A DNA stretch of 64,000 nucleotides from Paraspadella gotoi (lineage: Eukaryota; Animalia; Chaetognatha). Below the pieces are notes generated by a model that saw only the letters and a list, made by a program, of their open reading frames with translations, ran no database searches and was not told the DNA's origin. The position numbers were made by a program, and so were the translations under genes. The stretch is taken from contig CM119264.1 of the NCBI GenBank assembly GCA_051294375.1, forward strand, positions 23,247,955 through 23,311,954, given 5' to 3'. Positions 46,966 to 60,498 of the stretch are shown here, one piece after another (position 1 is the stretch's first letter; each line of letters begins with the position of its first letter).

Positions 46966-49900
46966 TATGAAAATAAGAGTAAGGACCGGGTGAGACTTTT
47001 TGATCTAAAGATCCTTCCCTTTTCTTTTCTTTAATGAACGCGTTTGCTCGCCTTCAAAGCAAAAGTTTTGCCAAAACCTCGGATGTTGTTTCTTTATTTT
47101 TTAATGCTGTTAATCGATGTACTGTAAATAAATCGTCATTTACCCCAATACCGCTATTTCATCGCTATCGCCGTCGTCATCGTCGTCTTCGTCGTTCCAC
47201 CCCGGATCTCAACATCCGACCGCAGCGCTGCGACGGCGGCGGCGGCGGCGGAGGGAATTAAAACAAAATATCCCCGGATGCGAAAAAACATAGAGGGATG
47301 GAAAAAAAAATAAAAGATCACCGATTTTTCGCTGGAGATAAAAACGGATTCTTGAAATAATTCCAAGGTTTTCTCTCGGGCCGCCAAAAAAAGGCAACGC
47401 TGACTTCCCCCTCCTTATTTGCTTCCTTTCTCCTCTATCTCTTCTTCTCTATACATCTACCCCCCTCTTCTTTTTTTCTCTCTTTACCCTCCTATCTCTC
47501 TTCCTGTTCCGGGATTCTGGGATTGAGAGGTGAACCAAATGTCGCGGACAGACGAGGAAATTCGGATTTTCATTGGACGACTACTCCTCGGCCATTGGTC
47601 AAAGCAATCTTAATGTTTTTTTTTTCCAAAATAAGCCCATTCTCAGATAAGCTTTGGATTGGTCAGTTGTTTTTCTTCTCGCGCCGAAATGGTCAATTTT
47701 CTTTAATTCCTGCTTCCGATTGGAGAGATTCAATCAACGCTCAACGCGGATTGGACGATCCCAGACGATAGACCCTTGATCGCCGCTTCGGAACTCGGCG
47801 AAATTTAAAAACGATTTTCCGGAGCGGAATGAGTCAATAATACAAATGTCAACAATTATAAAAAGAATCAACAAAAGAGAAAAAGGTAAACAGAAAAATC
47901 TAAATGTAAGCAAATCAGTCGAGGGAGAAAAAGAAAGTGGGAGTCCAAGCAGAGCTTGCCGCTTAATCCTTTCAAGTTTTTTTTCTCAATAAACCAGTGC
48001 TCGCTGGATAATATTTCAAGATATTTCAAAATGAGGCGGCATGCCAGTATTCTACAAAAATAAATCGTTTCATAGTAAGTTACAATTAGATATTTTTCCA
48101 ATCAAGTAAATCTTTCTATTGTTCAAAAGTCAAAAGATACATATTTTCCTCTATCAGCATCAATTATTTTCATTTTATTTTTCTGTTGACTTTCGTCGCG
48201 AACTTGGAATCCCTTCCACCGGCGGCGAAGCCCCCAGGGGTCGGCGGGGCAGTCCCTCAGGGTCGGCGGGGGCCCCGGGGNNNNNNNNNNNNNNNNNNNN
48301 NNNNNNNNNNNNNNNNNNNNNNNNNNNNNNNNNNNNNNNNNNNNNNNNNNNNNNNNNNNNNNNNNNNNNNNNNNNNNNNNNNNNNNNNNNNNNNNNNNNN
48401 NNNNNNNNNNNNNNNNNNNNNNNNNNNNNNNNNNNNNNNNNNNNNNNNNNNNNNNNNNNNNNNNNNNNNNNNNNNNNNNNNNNNNNNNNNNNNNNNNNNN
48501 NNNNNNNNNNNNNNNNNNNNNNNNNNNNNNNNNNNNNNNNNNNNNNNNNNNNNNNNNNNNNNNNNNNNNNNNNNNNNNNNNNNNNNNNNNNNNNNNNNNN
48601 NNNNNNNNNNNNNNNNNNNNNNNNNNNNNNNNNNNNNNNNNNNNNNNNNNNNNNNNNNNNNNNNNNNNNNNNNNNNNNNNNNNNNNNNNNNNNNNNNNNN
48701 NNNNNNNNNNNNNNNNNNNNNNNNNNNNNNNNNNNNNNNNNNNNNNNNNNNNNNNAACTTGTGCTTCCCCACTTTCCTTATTCCTTTATTTTCCTCCTCC
48801 TTTCCTTTTTTTTTTAATTTCGATGAAATTTTTCTTTGTCTCATTCGCGATTTTCAGGATCAAAGACTCCGAGTTGGCGGCGGAGGTGAGAAAGGCCAAT
48901 CGAGAGAGAGAGAGAGANNNNNNNNNNNNNNNNNNNNNNNNNNNNNNNNNNNNNNNNNNNNNNNNNNNNNNNNNNNNNNNNNNNNNNNNNNNNNNNNNNN
49001 NNNNNNNNNNNNNNNNNNNNNNNNNNNNNNNNNNNNNNNNNNNNNNNNNNNNNNNNNNNNNNNNNNNNNNNNNNNNNAGAGGGCATTTTGTATAAAAGTA
49101 TGTGAATATCAAAATTATTATTTTTATTATTATTATTAATAATTTATTATTATTTATATTATTAAGGATAAAAGGTAAAAAAAAGCAACTATATATAAAG
49201 ACATTAACTTGTACTTTTACAGGGTGTTTCGCCTTAATCTCCATCCCCTATTTTTTGCCTTTTGTTTTTCTCCCTTCGATTTTCTCATGAATCTTCATTC
49301 TTCCCCGAGATGAGAAAATTCGAAAAATCTTTTCTCGAAAAGAAAATGAAATTTGCAGTTTGTTCTTCTTCTCATTCGATGCCAACTCTTTTTTTTTCTC
49401 CCGGCCAATGTTTTTTCTGGAGTAACAATAGAAAATTCTCCTCCTTTACTCCAGGTCTGACTTTTCTTTCGGTCGGAGGGTAGAGGGGGTGTGTAAGTGG
49501 GGGAAAGGTGGCGAGGNNNNNNNNNNNNNNNNNNNNNNNNNNNNNNNNNNNNNNNNNNNNNNNNNNNNNNNNNNNNNNNNNNNNNNNNNNNNNNNNNNNN
49601 NNNNNNNNNNNNNNNNNNNNNNNNNNNNNNNNNNNNNNNNNNNNNNNNNNNNNNNNNNNNNNNNNNNNNNNNNNNNNNNNNNNNNNNNNNNNNNNNNATG
49701 ATAAGAAGCATGTCAAGAAAATCAAGATTTTCTTCTCACGGAGCAACTCTATATGTCACTTTTCGGTCGGTCTGTCGGTCAGTCTGTCGGTCCGTCGTTC
49801 TGTCTGTCGTTATGTCTACCTATCGGTCTGTCCCACTTACGTTAAAAATGCTCATTACTTGCATATAGTTGGTTGCTCATTTGTTAAGACAGGAAAAAAC

Positions 49901-50232
49901 TTCACTGCTCGCGCCGCCTTCAGGAAATCCTAAAACTAATAAAAGACGTTTTCCAATGCAGTGCGTGTTATAAATAAACAGACTAAGAAATTTAATATCG
50001 TCAATTAGTCATGTAGTCATGTCATGTCATATCATGTCACGTCATAAGTCAGTCACTGCGGCGCAACATATTTAAATTACCGTTCTTGTTTCAATTTTTT
50101 TTCACTTTTTCTTTCTTGTTTTATCGTTGACTATCAATGTCTTCTATTTATTTTGCTCCACGTTTTAAAAATAAAACGATTTTTTTTTCTTCAAAATCTT
50201 TTGTTTGGCGCGAAAGTCATTTTGACGGCATT

Positions 50233-50274
50233 GATGGCACCATGGATGGCACCATGGATGGCACCATGGATGGC
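50233..50274. repeat. 12-bp tandem repeat (GATGGCACCATG)x3
   Basis: Direct reading. Confidence 0.85.
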
Positions 50275-52501
50275 GCTGCCGTCGCGACAACCATCGAAGT
50301 CCGCAGTCATCATAGAATAAAAATTTCTTTCTCTTTTTTTTCTTTATTATTTTTTTTTTTCGAAATAAAATTCGAAAAGAATTTCGAAAAAGTTAGGGAC
50401 CAAAAAAAAATGTATCACATAAATTATCTTTCTTTCTATTTTCGTCGTTTTCTTTATATTTCTATTTTCGTTCTTCGTAATAACTATTTTCTTTCAATAG
50501 TTGGGAGACTGTAGATTATGGGAATAATATTAATTGATTAGGAACTATTGTGACAATAACGATTGTGAATGAGTTGACGATATTTGTGTCTGACTTAAAG
50601 AAAAATGAAAGAAAGAGGGAAAGAGAGAAAAAAAGAAAGAAAGAAAGAAAGAAAGAAANNNNNNNNNNNNNNNNNNNNNNNNNNNNNNNNNNNNNNNNNN
50701 NNNNNNNNNNNNNNNNNNNNNNNNNNNNNNNNNNNNNNNNNNNNNNNNNNNNNNNNNNNNNNNNNNNNNNNNNNNNNNNNNNNNNNNNNNNNNNNNNNNN
50801 NNNNNNNNNNNNNNNNNNNNNNNNNNNNNNNNNNNNNNNNNNNNNNNNNNNNNNNNNNNNNNNNNNNNNNNNNNNNNNNNNNNNNNNNNNNNNNNNNNNN
50901 NNNNNNNNNNNNNNNNNNNNNNNNNNNNNNNNNNNNNNNNNNNNNNNNNNNNNNNNNNNNNNNNNNNNNNNNNNNNNNNNNNNNNNNNNNNNNNNNNNNN
51001 NNNNNNNNNNNNNNNNNNNNNNNNNNNCTCTCTCTCTCTCTCTCTCTCTCAAAGTAATTGATGAGACTTTTTGTGTTCCGGATGAAAAGATCTACAAAGA
51101 ATTTTATTGCTATTTTGTTGTAGCGAATTTCTTTCGTTTGTCGTTTTGTTATTCTCGGATATTGCCTCTCCACAGAAGCGCCCTCCCGCGTCGAATAGAG
51201 GAGGAGGCAACAACTTTCAGTCTCGGCCCGTTCTCGGCTTAAAGAAAACTTTATGACTAAAAACTATAAATATCACTAACTACGCTTTTGGGATTATAAA
51301 AGAAATACAATGAAATACATAGACGACAGACCAAATATTTTGTAATATTATATAAATANNNNNNNNNNNNNNNNNNNNNNNNNNNNNNNNNNNNNNNNNN
51401 NNNNNNNNNNNNNNNNNNNNNNNNNNNNNNNNNNNNNNNNNNNNNNNNNNNNNNNNNNNNNNNNNNNNNNNNNNNNNNNNNNNNNNNNNNNNNNNNNNNN
51501 NNNNNNNNNNNNNNNNNNNNNNNNNNNNNNNNNNNNNNNNNNNNNNNNNNNNNNNNNNNNNNNNNNNNNNNNNNNNNNNNNNNNAAGAGAGCGAGAGAGA
51601 AAGAGAGATAAAGAGAGAGATAGTACGATAGTGAGAAAGAGAGAAAAGACATAAAACAACATAAAAAGACGTCAAACGACAAAAATATCACAAAAAAGAG
51701 GGGGGGTGTTGGAAGGGAATGAAATTCCTGTGACGTGTCATCACAGGGAGCGACGCGGCCGCCGCCTCCGCCGCCGCCGCCGCCGCCGCCGAAAACGAGG
51801 ACGACGACGACGTGGTTTCCGAGCGTCTTTTATTTTTCCGCTCTCCTCGCGTATTATTAGCGTTTCATCTCGAGTTTTTTGCTTTTTTGTTGAGACACAA
51901 AATGGAATCATCAGTCGCGGAGAAGAAATAAAGCTTCCTTATTTTTTTTTACTCCTCTCCCTCCTTTTTTTATTTTTTTGTATTTTTGAATTTCGTTTTA
52001 TACTTTTGCATTATTTTCTTTTTTTTCATTTCCATTTCTACTTCAGCCATTTTTCTTTTTTTTTCGTCATATTTCACCTTTCGCTCTTTATTCCATCTGT
52101 GAATACCTTTTCCTCTTTTTACACATTCTTATTTTCTCTTCCTCCTACCTTCCCCATCTTCCCTTTTTCTTTCTTTTCTTTTCTTTTCTTTTCTTTTTTT
52201 TTCTTCCATTTCTCCCTTCCTCCCGTTTTCCGCATTTCCCTCTTCTTACTTCCTTCCTTCCCCTATTCCTCTTTTACCCCCATCCCTCGCCCCTCTCCTC
52301 TTCCCCTCCCTCACCCTTTTTCCTCTCCCCCCTCCCTCCCTTCCCCTCCCTTTTGCCTCTCCTCTCAAAATGCTCATAGAATGCGTCATTTTTCTCTCGA
52401 CGAAGAAGATGACAGAAACTATTATCTCATCGAGCGTCGACTTCTCTCCTCCGATAACATCTCAATTTTATTCAGCCATAAAATTCCTCTCTTCAACTTT
52501 C

Positions 52502-52558
<57 letters not shown>

Positions 52559-53068
52559 ATTTCTTTTATTCTCTACTTTTATGATGTGGCTCTTTTTCTT
52601 CTTCGAGCGCTAGTGTCTTGTAAAAAGGCGTCAAAGCGGGAGGGAGGGGGATGGTGGTGGGAGGGATAAATTCTTGGGTTGGGGTGAGGAAGGGAGTAGT
52701 TAATGATTTGAGAAAGACAAGGAATAAGTTGAAAAACAAAAAGAGATGGAAAAGGATTAGCATTGTTAAAGAAAATAATAACAAGTAATAACCAACAAAC
52801 GGAATAAAAGAAAGATATTAGAAGGCAAGATAAAAAAGTTAAATAAGATGGATTATATAGGGGGGAAATAAAAAAGAAGGAATTTTCTATAAAAGTCAAT
52901 TGATAACAAAAGTATTAAACTGATACAGGGAATAAAGGAATATATACAAAGAATAGAATAAAAAAAGAAAGGTATGAATTCCTGTGAAAGAGAGAAGCTC
53001 TCCGAAGGGGCGCCTCCTTCCATAAACTTGGTTGTTCCTCGTTGGAAGAGAGAGAGAGAGAGGAGATG

Positions 53069-53101
<33 letters not shown>

Positions 53102-53432
53102 AGAGAGAGGGAGGAAAATTAAAAGTGTAGTTTCTTCTTTGGAAACGAGAGCAAAATTGGTTCAAAAACACCTTGTTTCTTGTCCGCGCCTGTAGCTCAT
53201 AAAGAGAGAGATGGCGAGGGCATATTGTGGTGGAGAAGGAGAGGAGCGAGAGTAGGAGATCGCGAAGAGGAGAGAATTGAAGATGAGATGACCCAGACAG
53301 ACGCGACGTCCTCGGTGGGAAAAAAGACTTCGAAAATGAGAAGGAAAGAAAGAAGGAGAAATGAATAAAAATTGAAAGGAAATTGTATCTGAAAGTTGAA
53401 AAGGAAGACAAAGAGAGAGGGAGAGAAGAGAG

Positions 53433-53490
<58 letters not shown>

Positions 53491-54379
53491 GAGAGGAGAG
53501 ATGGGGGAAATAAAAGAAAAACATGTCAGAAACTGTCCTGAGAGACAAGTGTATCGTGACATTCATGAATTACATTCGTACCATTCCCATTGTCCCATTA
53601 TTTCCTTTTTTTTTTAATTTAATTTTAAATTTTCATTCTACGCTTGGTCACGAGCCTGACTGTGAGGTAAGGCAAGGGCAATAATTTATGGACCCATTCT
53701 CCTCTCTCGGAATATATTTTTACTCATTTTCAATTGCTTATAACATTTTTATCCCTATTATCTTAAGCTTTTCCTCTCTCTTTTACTGCATTCATCATTC
53801 CTTCTCTCTCTTCTATCTTCTCTACTCTCTTTCCCCTCTTTCCTTTGGCTTGTGGAGTGACTGGTCCTCAAATTTGATTTTTTATTCCTCCCTTCCCGCT
53901 TTCCATCTTTTGCCGACCCCGCTGTTGAGGTATCACGCTATCCACCATTGCCTTCCCCCTCCCCCTCGGGTCAAGGTTCCACGTGGGTTTATTCTTTCTT
54001 CGTAACGCCACTTTCTCGTCTCCCTCGTCTCTCTCTCGCTCTCTCTCTCTCTCTTTCTTCTTTTTCCATTGGAAAAATATCTTTAGAGATAAAAGATATA
54101 CTTATGAAGGCTATTTTTCAAGTTGTGGCAATGAGTTAATAGATACAATTATAAATTTTTGATTTTATAACCTATATTGAAATTATGATATTAACTCGAC
54201 TATATGTTGAAATCGTAAAATTCGAGTCACTCAATTCGTTCAGTGATTTGTTTTGTTAAACCGTTCCTTTTTGGTGTTTTATACAGATCATGCGAAGATA
54301 ACGGCCTCCAATTAACAAGGAACGGGAACAGAGTCATCGAGAGACAGAGAGAGAGGAGAGAGAGAGAGAGAGAGAGAGA

Positions 54380-54425
<46 letters not shown>

Positions 54426-54864
54426 AGACCTGTCGCCGCCACGGCTCTCAGGTGTTCCATATAGAGTGCTTCCGTTAAACACTGACATCCTGTGACCCCA
54501 ATCCTCGCATAGAACAACGACGACGATTACGGACGACGACGAGACACGCGACAGGGCACCTCCTTGCAGGCTCAAAACGACCTCACACTCCCCCCCCCTT
54601 CAGCTCGCCCCTGTTACCCATCACTGTGCCACGTTATCTACTGAGTGTTTTTCATCGCCCGTCATGCCCAGCATAGGCCTCTCGTCACACTTCGCCACAC
54701 GACGCCTACTCCACAGTTACATGAGCGTTCCATGTTTACGCTTACGTCAATCTTTGCCAAGGCCAGACGATTTCATAAAATATCGAATCATCCGATACGA
54801 TCATTCCTTCCATTGTCCAAGATCTCTATTGAACTGGCCTCCTTATTTTCTTCCGATAACTCGC

Positions 54865-54977
54865 CTTGTATCGATAGTCAGGATTATTCTCCATGTGGAT
54901 ATTTTGCTGAGTTCGCGACTGCTCGTCCATAGTAGGTGGCTGTTTCTAGTGTGACATCGCTTTATCCACCTCGCGCG
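54865..54977 (-). CDS. SoxD: SoxD HMG-box C-terminal exon, noisy copy
   Basis: Indel-containing version of 60393-60498 (..KQP..YY..EQSR..SK..HME..PDYRY). Confidence 0.75.
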
Positions 54978-55233
54978 CTGAAAGGAATTTAGACAAATGT
55001 TACGAATAGCGCTTAATACTTCGCCTGAACGATTTGTTGTAGTTTATTGTGTATTGTGTCGTTTTCGAATCAATTTTCAAGTTGTGATTTTCTTGACAGG
55101 ATTCCTTTTCGTTCTCTTTGGCTCTAATTGGTGGAAACGTGGTGATTGGAATCAGAAAGCAGTTAATCGTTGAAAATGACTCTAAAAGAGGATCCGACGT
55201 GTAAACCGTGATAATATCTCGTTTTTGATTTTG

Positions 55234-55506
55234 TGGCAGCAAGACTTAAATAGCCTGCCTCATCGTGCTGTCCGTCCTCAGCCTCCGTCTCAAATGGCTG
55301 AGCAGGCTAAATCTTCACTATTCCATCCGTGCGTCCCGGGTTCAATCCTGGGTATCCCGGTTTTCTGGCTTAAATGTGACGGGTGCCGGTATAAACATGC
55401 CAGTGACATGGAGCGGTACTGAGGGTCCGCAGCCCTAACGCCAGTTTGGTGAGATTACGTCCCTCTCGCGCTCCGGGGTATCACAGGCTATCCTCCGTTT
55501 GCCCTA
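55234..55506 (+). mobile_element. tRNA-derived SINE-like insertion (~270 bp)
   Basis: Pol III A box-like TGGCTGAGCAGG (55295-55306) and B box GGTTCAATCC (55339-55348) within a T-arm-like CCCGG/CTGGG stem; absent from the duplicate copy at ~60700; flanked by similar gtttttgattttg / gtttgtgagttttg. Confidence 0.65.
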
Positions 55507-58500
55507 GTTTGTGAGTTTTGTTCACAAAGACTAAGTCATACTAATTTATTTGCTTCTTTGTTAATGCGGACCTTGACAATACTCCTTCGCGCTGGGAATT
55601 GAATAAAAGCGTCTCTGTCTCCTATTTCCGAGTTTTTTCTTAATTTTTTCCTTATCTTTCTTCTATTCGACTCTTAATTCGAAATTTACATTTAGTGTTT
55701 TTCATCTTATTTATTGCTGATTTTTTTTTCCCTCGTTCATCTTTCAAAACACTTTTCAGATACATAAAATATTTCTGTAGCTATCTTTCATCTCTTCGCA
55801 CTTTAGCTTATTCTCTTTTGTATACTTCCACATCTCTTACATTTGCTCTATGTCTTTCGCCACCGCCTCTCCACCTCTAACCGTCATCCAATTTTCCCCC
55901 CTTCCGGCACCTTGTGGGATCGCCCTCGACCGACCCTCACCCGCGCTCATTCGCCACTCAGAACTCGTGCTTTCAGCATGCATGCCTCATACCGATGTCT
56001 GGTGTCTTCCATCCAATGCCTCGCAGTGCAAGCCGGCGAAGATTCTTTTTTTCTCCTCGTCTCCGCTTTTTGGTGCTTTCTGTTTTTTCTCTTTGCTATC
56101 CATCCTTTCTCTCTCTCGTCTCCTCTCGTTTCTCTCTCTCTCTATCGATGCTCTCTCTTCTCTTCCTCTCTCTCTCTCTCTCTCCTCTCTCGTTCCCTCT
56201 TCTCTCTCTCTCCTCTCTCTCCCCTTGTTGCTTCGACGAGAAAAGGTTGGAAAAAGGCCGCTCTTTGTTTTTCGAAAAGCGGAAAAACGAATGTTTTTGC
56301 GCCAAAACAATAACTAAATCGTAAACAAATAATGAAGACGTAAAAATAAGAAAAACAAAAGACAAATAATTAGAGTATTTACTGTCTAATGCTACTGTCT
56401 ACAGTATCAACTGTCAACTGGTCCACTGTCAACACTCGAAAATGTCTTTTATTTTTTGTCCCGAAAATTTTATTTTCTGGCAGGCTCACCTATCATTGAC
56501 AAAAGCCATTCATAATCAGGTCCTTACAGTCACACCTTTCCATATTCACTCAGACGCCTTGTATCCCTGCCCGCTGTGTCGACTCTTCTCGAGACCCTCA
56601 CACACACCGACACACACTTACGCCCACCCTCCAGCACCGCCCACCATCTTCGACCCCATCATTCGATTCCACTCCACGATCGCGGTTTTGTGATTTCGTC
56701 ACACAATTTCCCTCGTCACGGCCATTCTGGCGGCCCACGGGAGTCTCTCACTCTCTCTCCATCTTCTTTATCTCTTTCTCCTCTCTCTCTCTCCTTCTCT
56801 TCCCTTCCACGCTTCTGCTGCGTCCTCTCTCTCTTTGGCTGTTGGAGGATGGGCTCTCAATTCTGATTCCCGCCTGGACCACTTCTCGTGTTATTCTTCT
56901 CCTCGTCCTGCCCTCTCTCCTCCTTCAAGGTCTCGAGTGCTCCGTCTCGTTTGGCTGTCGGGGGATGGTCACAATTGATTCCGCTCCGACTCTTCGTTTA
57001 TCCCTCGCCGCTTCATCCGCTCGTCCCTCGTTCGCCGCCCGAGTTTCGATCGGTCTTGGTTTCCTGTGGCAGTCCGTGCCTCGGATGCCCGTCTTCTCTC
57101 GCCCTCTCTCTTGTTCTCTCGTCTCTCGCCTCGGCTCGCTCGCTCCGCTCCCTTTCAGTCAGTTCTTTGTGTCGCGCTACAAAAGACTTTGATAAATAAG
57201 GGCCCCCGGGTCGCTTTCCCACCTTACGTTGAAAAAAAAATTATCAGAAAGGAAAGGTCGTGTAGGGGTGACCTTTTCTCTTCTCTCCACCAGTCTCCAC
57301 AGTCCTGCACTCTCTCGCCCTTCTACCACATTCTCCTTCTTCTCTCCTATTTCTTTCTTTCTTTCTGCAGTGAGACCTGATGTTCCGTCCCACCTCTTTA
57401 ATACTCTTTTCGTTCCATGCGGACCCGTCGCGCGCAATTTTGCTACTGGGCTTTAAACACGGACATTTATTATTGCCCCACTGACCTGCCCTATAGCGCA
57501 AAAGTAAGAGGCCTGCATGACAGACAACTATCGAATAACCGTAGCTGTAAGTTGAGAGTCTGCTGCAGGAAAGGTCATAATATATGAGCAATGGCCAAGC
57601 TTTCTTCCTGAGAGGCCCGTCTCCAAACTGAAACCCAAGGAAGACCTTGCAGCCCGAGTGGCCAACCCCCAGGCCAATAGAGCACAGACCAAGCTCACTC
57701 TCCCCTCCGCGAGAGGGCAGCAAAGGGCACAAGCCCAAACCGTTTTTTTTTCTTTTGTTTGTTTCTTTACTTTTTTTTTAGTAATTTATTCCTGTGCTGC
57801 ACCATGCTTTCCCCCGGTCCGCCTTCCCGACCTCTCCCTTCCTATCATGGTCCTTTCTACTATTCTTAACTTTTCTTCAGTTGTTGTTACATGCTACTTT
57901 TCTTTTCTTTTGATAATTTTCAATTCAACTTGTTTCTTTATACTAGCATAGGGGAAACCAACTGGTATTTTTTCGAAGAAGAAAGTCAAAAGGAAAAACG
58001 TGGACGGAAACTGTACAGTTTTCTATATGGCGCTTCCTATTTTCCTCTCCTTTTTCGCTGGTTCCTATTCCTCAACCCAAAGAGCTCACCCCGCGGTTCC
58101 AAAACGCCTCAAACGCCGAATTCACTCCCAAGTTCCGGGGCTTTTTGATTTTCCCCTAAGATCTTTTGGCAGTATTTGTCCGATTTCGTTCGCCTATAGG
58201 AGAGTCGATATTTGGCTTTGCGAGCGTAGTTTCTTTGACCTTTCCGGAATTCTTCGCGGTTTTCAGGCGTTTTTTATATTTTGTTCGCGCTCATCGTCTT
58301 TTTTGCCCGAGCAGGCTCTAGTGTCGCCATTTATGTTTGGGCTTTATATGTATGTGTTGTTCGTGTGATACTATTTTCTTGTTCGTTTATTTGCTTGGCG
58401 TTGTGGGGAGGGGGAGCTGGAGATCTATCTACTTATGACTATTACTTTTAGTTATTGTAATACACTTTTACGGCGTTTTAAAAAAGTTAAACATGTTCCA

Positions 58501-59879
58501 TACTCTTTTTTTTCTTGATCTTTTCATTCATTACATAATCAAATCTTTTCTTTCTCGATCTTCACGGGTCGTCATTTTTTCTTCTCTCTTTTTCCTCGTC
58601 GTTTCCCCTTTCACGATATCAATAAAAACTTTTCTTTCCTTTCTTTCCCTTTTTTTTTCCTTTTTCGTTATATTTTTGTATTTGTTGACTATTTTTCCGG
58701 CTTTTTTTCCCGCCTTTTATGGAATTCGGTAGATGCTGACTGCTTTTCACAAACCGTGTGTTGTCTCATCTGCTCTCTCTCTCCTTCTCTCGTCTCTCTC
58801 TCGCTCTCTCTCATCCTGCACTCATCTCCTCTCTCTCGTCTCTCTTCCTAGGAGCGCAGCCGTATCGAACTATATCAGAAAACGGCCGAAATAAAAAGAT
58901 AACTTTCCTTTCCGCCGAAAAGATACGCGCGAACGGGCTCGCGTCGATTGTGTCTGCGGCGGTGAGGGCAGCTCGGACGAAGGCTGGGCCGTCGGCTGCA
59001 TCAGCGTCGCTGCTAGCAGTGACTGGCCATTTTGTTTATTCCGGTGTCCGGAAATTTGCGTCGACATCGAGGGTGACCCGTTTATGGACAATCGTAATTC
59101 GGCTCAGGAGAGCAAAAAAAGTGGCAAAATGGCCGATAAAAAAAAGAGGAAATAAGGAAAAGGATCAGAATAACTATTTTCGGTTCCGGAAGGTAAAAAA
59201 GAAGAATGAGCGCGGATAATTCAATATATGAATCGTCGAGAAAAGAAAGGATTTATGGGNNNNNNNNNNNNNNNNNNNNNNNNNTTACATTTTTCAATAT
59301 GATTTTATACATGATATGCCACTATTATCTAAGCTTTTCCTCTCTCTTTTAACTCAATTCTCTTCCTTCTCTCTTTCATCTTTCTACTCTCTTCCCTTTT
59401 CCTGCTGGATCTGGTCCTCAAATGATTTTTATTCTCCCTATCCGCTTTCATCTTTTCCGCCCCGCTTTGAGTACACGCTTCCACACATGCCTTCCCCCTC
59501 GCCCCTCGGGTCAAGGTCCACGTGGGTTTACTTTCTTCGTAACGCACTTTCTTCTCTCCCTCTCTCTCTTGCTCTCTCTCTCTCTCTTTCTATCTTTTTC
59601 CATTGAAAAAAACATCTTTAAATAAAAGATAACTATGAATATTTTTCAAGTTGTGGCATAGTTATAATAAATATATAAATTTTTGATTTTATATATATGA
59701 ATATTTGATATTAAACTCACATCATATGTTGAAAGCGTAAAATATCGACCACTCAATTCGTTCAGTGAACTGTTGTTTTTGAAACCGATTCCTTTCTTGG
59801 TGTTAATTCTGATACAGGCAAAGAATAACGGCCTCTCAATTAACCAAGAGAAACGGGAAAGAGCGGAGTCAATGAGAAG

Positions 59880-59914
<35 letters not shown>

Positions 59915-60392
59915 AGAGAGAGAAGAGAAGAAGAGAGAGAGAGAGAGCGAGAGAGAGAGAGAGACGCTTCGCCGCCACGGCCCTCAGGTGTTCCATATAG
60001 GAGTGCTTTCGTTAAACACTGAGCATCTGTGACCCACCCTCTGCATAGGACACAACGACGACGATTACGACGACGACGAGAACCGCAGACGGCACGCTCT
60101 CTCAGGCACAAAAACGACCTCCACACTCCCCCCACCCTCAGCTCCCGCCCACTGTATACCTTCACTCCACTGTTACTTTATCCGAGTGTTTTTTCATCCC
60201 CGTCATGCCCAGCATAGGCCTCTCGTCACACTTCGCCACACGGCGCTACTCCACAGTTAATAGCGCCATGTTACGCTACGTCAATCTTTGCCAAGCCAGA
60301 CGATTTCATAAAATACGAATCATCCATACGATCGATCCTTCCATTGTCCAATATCTCTATTGACTGGCCCCTTATTTCTTCCGATAACTCAC

Positions 60393-60498
60393 CTGTATCG
60401 ATAGTCAGGATATTTCTCCATGTGGATTTTGCTGAGTCGCGACTGCTCGTCATAGTAGGGCTGTTTCTCAGTGTTGGACATCGCTTTCCACCTCGCGC
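60393..60498 (-). CDS. SoxD: SoxD HMG-box C-terminal exon: (G)[34 protein letters not shown](R)
   Basis: TTTCAG acceptor, GTGAGT donor, 106 nt (2+102+2). The AG end joins the G-start of the PRPKRTC exon to make R. Closely matches HMG helix 3 of Sox102F/EGL-13/SOX5. Missed by the ORF track. Confidence 0.95.

Noticed and set aside
48215-48280. GC-rich ggcgaagccccc..ggggccccgggg motif resembling a MITE interior
   Set aside because: Cut off by a 475-N gap; no termini or target-site duplication visible
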